A stretch of DNA of 63,465 bases, counting the filler, from Octopus bimaculoides (Eukaryota): the NCBI RefSeq assembly GCF_001194135.2. It is 6 parts of 5 records of this genome, joined end to end, with 100 filler letters (N's around TTAATTAATTAA, not from the genome) between each part and the next. Parts side by side here need not be neighbours in the genome. Positions count along the whole stretch, not along the records: positions 59,986 to 61,703 come from NW_026335190.1; positions 61,804 to 63,465 come from NC_068984.1; 4 more parts are not named here. The stretch is one strand, 5' to 3'. The notes under the pieces are model-generated. The model worked only from the letters and a program-made list of their open reading frames with translations, was not told the DNA's origin and made no database searches. Within the stretch, counting starts at the first letter, position 1. Each line of letters begins with the position of its first letter. The position numbers and the translations under genes were made by a program. This document shows, in pieces, positions 60,659 through 63,465 of the stretch.

Positions 60659-61900
60659 GTAAGAAAAATTTCTTGGTTTTAATTTCATTTTAAATGCTCA
60701 CTATTTATTTTCTGTTGGTCTGTCTAATCAGATAATCCGTCTTAGTTTAACTGCTCACTTCTAGCATTCCATCTAATTAGCATAGAATAGTTCATTTGCA
60801 CGATAGTTCATTAGCATAGAATAGTTCATTTGCACGAACTTCCGATAACATTTCTCTTACCGCAGTCACTGATCTAAACATGTCTCACTTCAACATATTC
60901 TGAAACAATCTCATTTGTCTATGAGGGACTGAAAAGTTTAGATTTCATTTTCCATCTTCAGGGTTAGAAAATATTCCAAATATTTCAACTTTAGACAGCT
61001 GACCAGACTTGCAAATAAGCTTTTGAACAGTTGATGGTTCTTTATAAATTACCAAAACAACTTTCATTAGTATAGTATATTAGTATAGTATATTATATTT
61101 CCGTATACAAACATCCTGGATAGAATCTTTTAAACGATAAACAGAATTTATCCAATGGCTTATCAAATATTCTCTCTACCTATTCGCTAGACACAAAAAC
61201 ATCAATGTAATAATAAGGTTTTTTCGCCTTAGCTGTCATTCACAAAACTGCTAACGTCAAAGAAATAATATATCCGTCAAATGTAAATAATTTAAATAAT
61301 ATAAAAGAAATAATCGTCTACCCTGTCCTTTCTAAGAGAGTGACATAGGATTAAAAGGGGGTTTTGCTGGTATTTCTGGCAGCTCAAGTGACCATTTAAA
61401 ACTTGCATCGTCTGCTTGAGTATTTCGCAGTAACTTCCACTCATGACAGAAATAATTAAATGTAAATATTATTCTAAAACTTGATAATTTTAGTATCTAT
61501 AATTTTCAAGTTTTAGTAATGAAATCTTTTCAATGATCTTTCACGAGCTGAGGCACCACGGAAAGTCCAATGTCAGCACTGGTCGTTCACACTGTTAATC
61601 ATAAGAAGCTCGTATCCTTGCAATTATAAACAGTTCTCTCTTTTTATAAAATATGATAATGGTGCCATAAGCCAATGTTGATTTCTACTTTCGTCGTCGT
61701 CGTNNNNNNNNNNNNNNNNNNNNNNNNNNNNNNNNNNNNNNNNNNNNTTAATTAATTAANNNNNNNNNNNNNNNNNNNNNNNNNNNNNNNNNNNNNNNNN
61801 NNNGGTCAGTAAGAACAAGTGAAATAGTTATTATAGAAGATTAACAAAACCTTGAGACTAGATATTTTACACGTATTTAGATATATTTAATATCTATCTT

Positions 61901-63243
61901 CCGTGAAAATTTCAACTGAATGGAATAAATATTTCGTAAGTTTTGAGGAAATAAGCAGATAATCTTCCAAACTGCAATGGCCAAAAGTTAAGGGTCACTT
62001 AGAAAAACAATGGAAAATAGAACAAGAACAAAAAGAAACCATTACTATTAATATTTTGTGAACATTCCTCAACTGTCAATGACCTCCTGACATCTGTTAC
62101 CACAGGACTGAATTAATTTCTTGCAAAATGTTGGAGTTATATTGTTCCATTTGTTTTCCAATAATTCCCAGAGTTCATCATGGTTCTTTGGAATACTCCT
62201 TTGTGCCCCATTTCCAATAATCTTCCAAATGTTTTCTATAGGATTGAGGTCAGGACTTTGAGGTGGCCAGCCCATGAGATCAACCCCTTCACTCAAAATA
62301 TCTTCAACTCTCTTCGCAGTGTGACAGGAAGTATTGTCCTGCTTGAAGATAGGAGGGTGAACTGACAAGGATTGGAGATGAGGAAGGGCTTGCTGTCTAA
62401 GAATTCAGCATTGATAGTCCCTTGTAGTCAAATAAGTGGACCAGGACCAGCAATAGAAATCACTCCCCATACCATTACACTGCCTCCTCCATATTTCATT
62501 GTCTTCTTCACACAGGCATGAGATAACCTTTCACCACTTCATCGTCAGACATACATCTCACCATTGAAACCAATCGCATTAAACTTTGATTCATCGCTAA
62601 AATGAACCTGCGACCACTGTTTTTCTGTCCGAATGACATGTTCATGAGCAAAATGAAGACGGGCTCTTTGATTCTTCTTGAAGATCAGAGGTTTCTTTGC
62701 CGGTGCCCAAGTAAGCAGCCTAGAACCTCATAACCTTCGAGAAGCTGTTTTGCATGATACGTCGGCATCAGAAGTAGAGCTAAACTAGTGGGATATCTCA
62801 GTAACTCTCTTAAACCTATCCTTCAGTGACATTCTAGTCATAATACGATCCTACTGAGGTCTGCCAGTTTTGGATCTAGACTCTGTCGATCCTGATGACT
62901 TAAAACAATCCGTTGCACAACACTTTTTGACCTTCCTACAGTAGTTGCTATCACAAAATTTGACTTGCCCTCTTGGTGAAGGCACACAATCCTTTGTTTT
63001 TCATCACAGTACACCAGTCGTCTCTCACAAGCCGCCATATTGACACTTGAATGTCCCAATAATGTAAGATAATAAGAAATGACTGTTAGCCCATTAACAG
63101 TCTTCTAAACAACACATACCTTGGTTAGTAGTTCATTTTTTCTAAGTGACCCTTAACTTTTGGCCACTGCAATTTGGAAGATTGTTTGTTTATTTCCTCA
63201 AAACTTATGAAATATTTATTCCATTCACTTGAAATTTTCACGA
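61901..63243 (-). mobile_element. Tc1 transposon with long (at least 107 bp) inverted repeats, pseudogenised transposase 62069-63059
   Basis: IRs at 61901-62007 and 63136-63243. Motifs KKPL..ARLHFA..WSQVHFSDESKF, GGGSVMVWG, FKQDNTSCH..WPPQSPDLNPIENIW (33 residues counted D to E, one short of DD34E). The right IR is cut by a SINE. Confidence 0.93.
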
Positions 63244-63465
63244 GGCGTAGGAGTGGCTGTGTGGTAAGTAGCTTGCTTACCAACCACATGGTCCCGGGTT
63301 CAGTCCCACTGCGTGGCATCTTGGGCAAGTGTCTTCTACTATAGCCTCAGGCTGACCAAAGCCTTGTGAGTGGATTTGGTAGACGGAAACTGAAAGAAGC
63401 CCGTCGTATATATGTATATATATATGTATATACACATGCATGAATACATATACATATGTACATAC
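63244..63465 (+). mobile_element. SINE family A head, near consensus, inserted in the Tc1 inverted repeat
   Basis: GGCGTAGGAGTGGCTGTGTGGTAAGTAGCTTGCTTACCAACCACATGG...GAAAGAAGCCCGTCG then (TA/TATG)n. Confidence 0.9.

Larger units (their letters stand above)
1..63465. repeat. Pervasive microsatellites (TA)n, (CA)n, (GA)n, (TACA)n, (TAGA)n, (TGGA)n, (TAGG)n
   Basis: Visible throughout (for example 1260-1320, 8100-8190, 12300-12400, 31770-31920, 53004-53088). Most assembly gaps begin or end in them. Confidence 0.99.

Noticed and set aside
60775-61095. Short tandem duplications (34 bp at about 60775-60838; also about 61066, 49630, 19135)
   Set aside because: Ordinary slippage products with no further structure.
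21409-61759. Regularly recurring TTAATTAATTAA as a biological palindrome or CRISPR-like repeat
   Set aside because: It is always centred in exactly 44N+44N, so it is an assembly linker.
1-63465. Most ORFs in the supplied track ([12 protein letters not shown], poly-H/P/T/V, X-runs)
   Set aside because: They are translations of microsatellites and N gaps, not proteins.

Overview
AT-rich animal genomic DNA from a gappy draft assembly. It is very probably Octopus: this is inferred from the tRNA-derived SINE families and the extreme (TA)n/(CA)n/(TACA)n/(TAGA)n density, not proven. Most ORFs in the supplied track are microsatellite or N artefacts. The only convincing host coding sequence is one 238-bp internal exon (60421-60658, +) encoding the C-terminal half of a MAM domain. 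The rest is a transposon graveyard. It holds at least four tRNA-SINE families that swap modules and nest in each other. LINE remnants include two R4/Dong-type and one CRE-type RLE element, one L1/Tx1 and two RTE pieces. DNA transposons include a DD37D (maT), three DD34D mariners, a fold-back mariner, a Tc1 with long inverted repeats, a hAT and several MITEs. A decayed U6 snRNA copy abuts a SINE. Five 44N-TTAATTAATTAA-44N linkers are assembly artefacts. The most interesting signals are (1) a type-I hammerhead ribozyme motif at 59473-59525 heading a structured ~250-nt non-coding segment, a possible retrozyme or Penelope-like remnant, and (2) a recurring class of local inverted duplications that could form intronic dsRNA. 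Coordinates of decayed repeats are approximate, and no database searches or folding programs were run.
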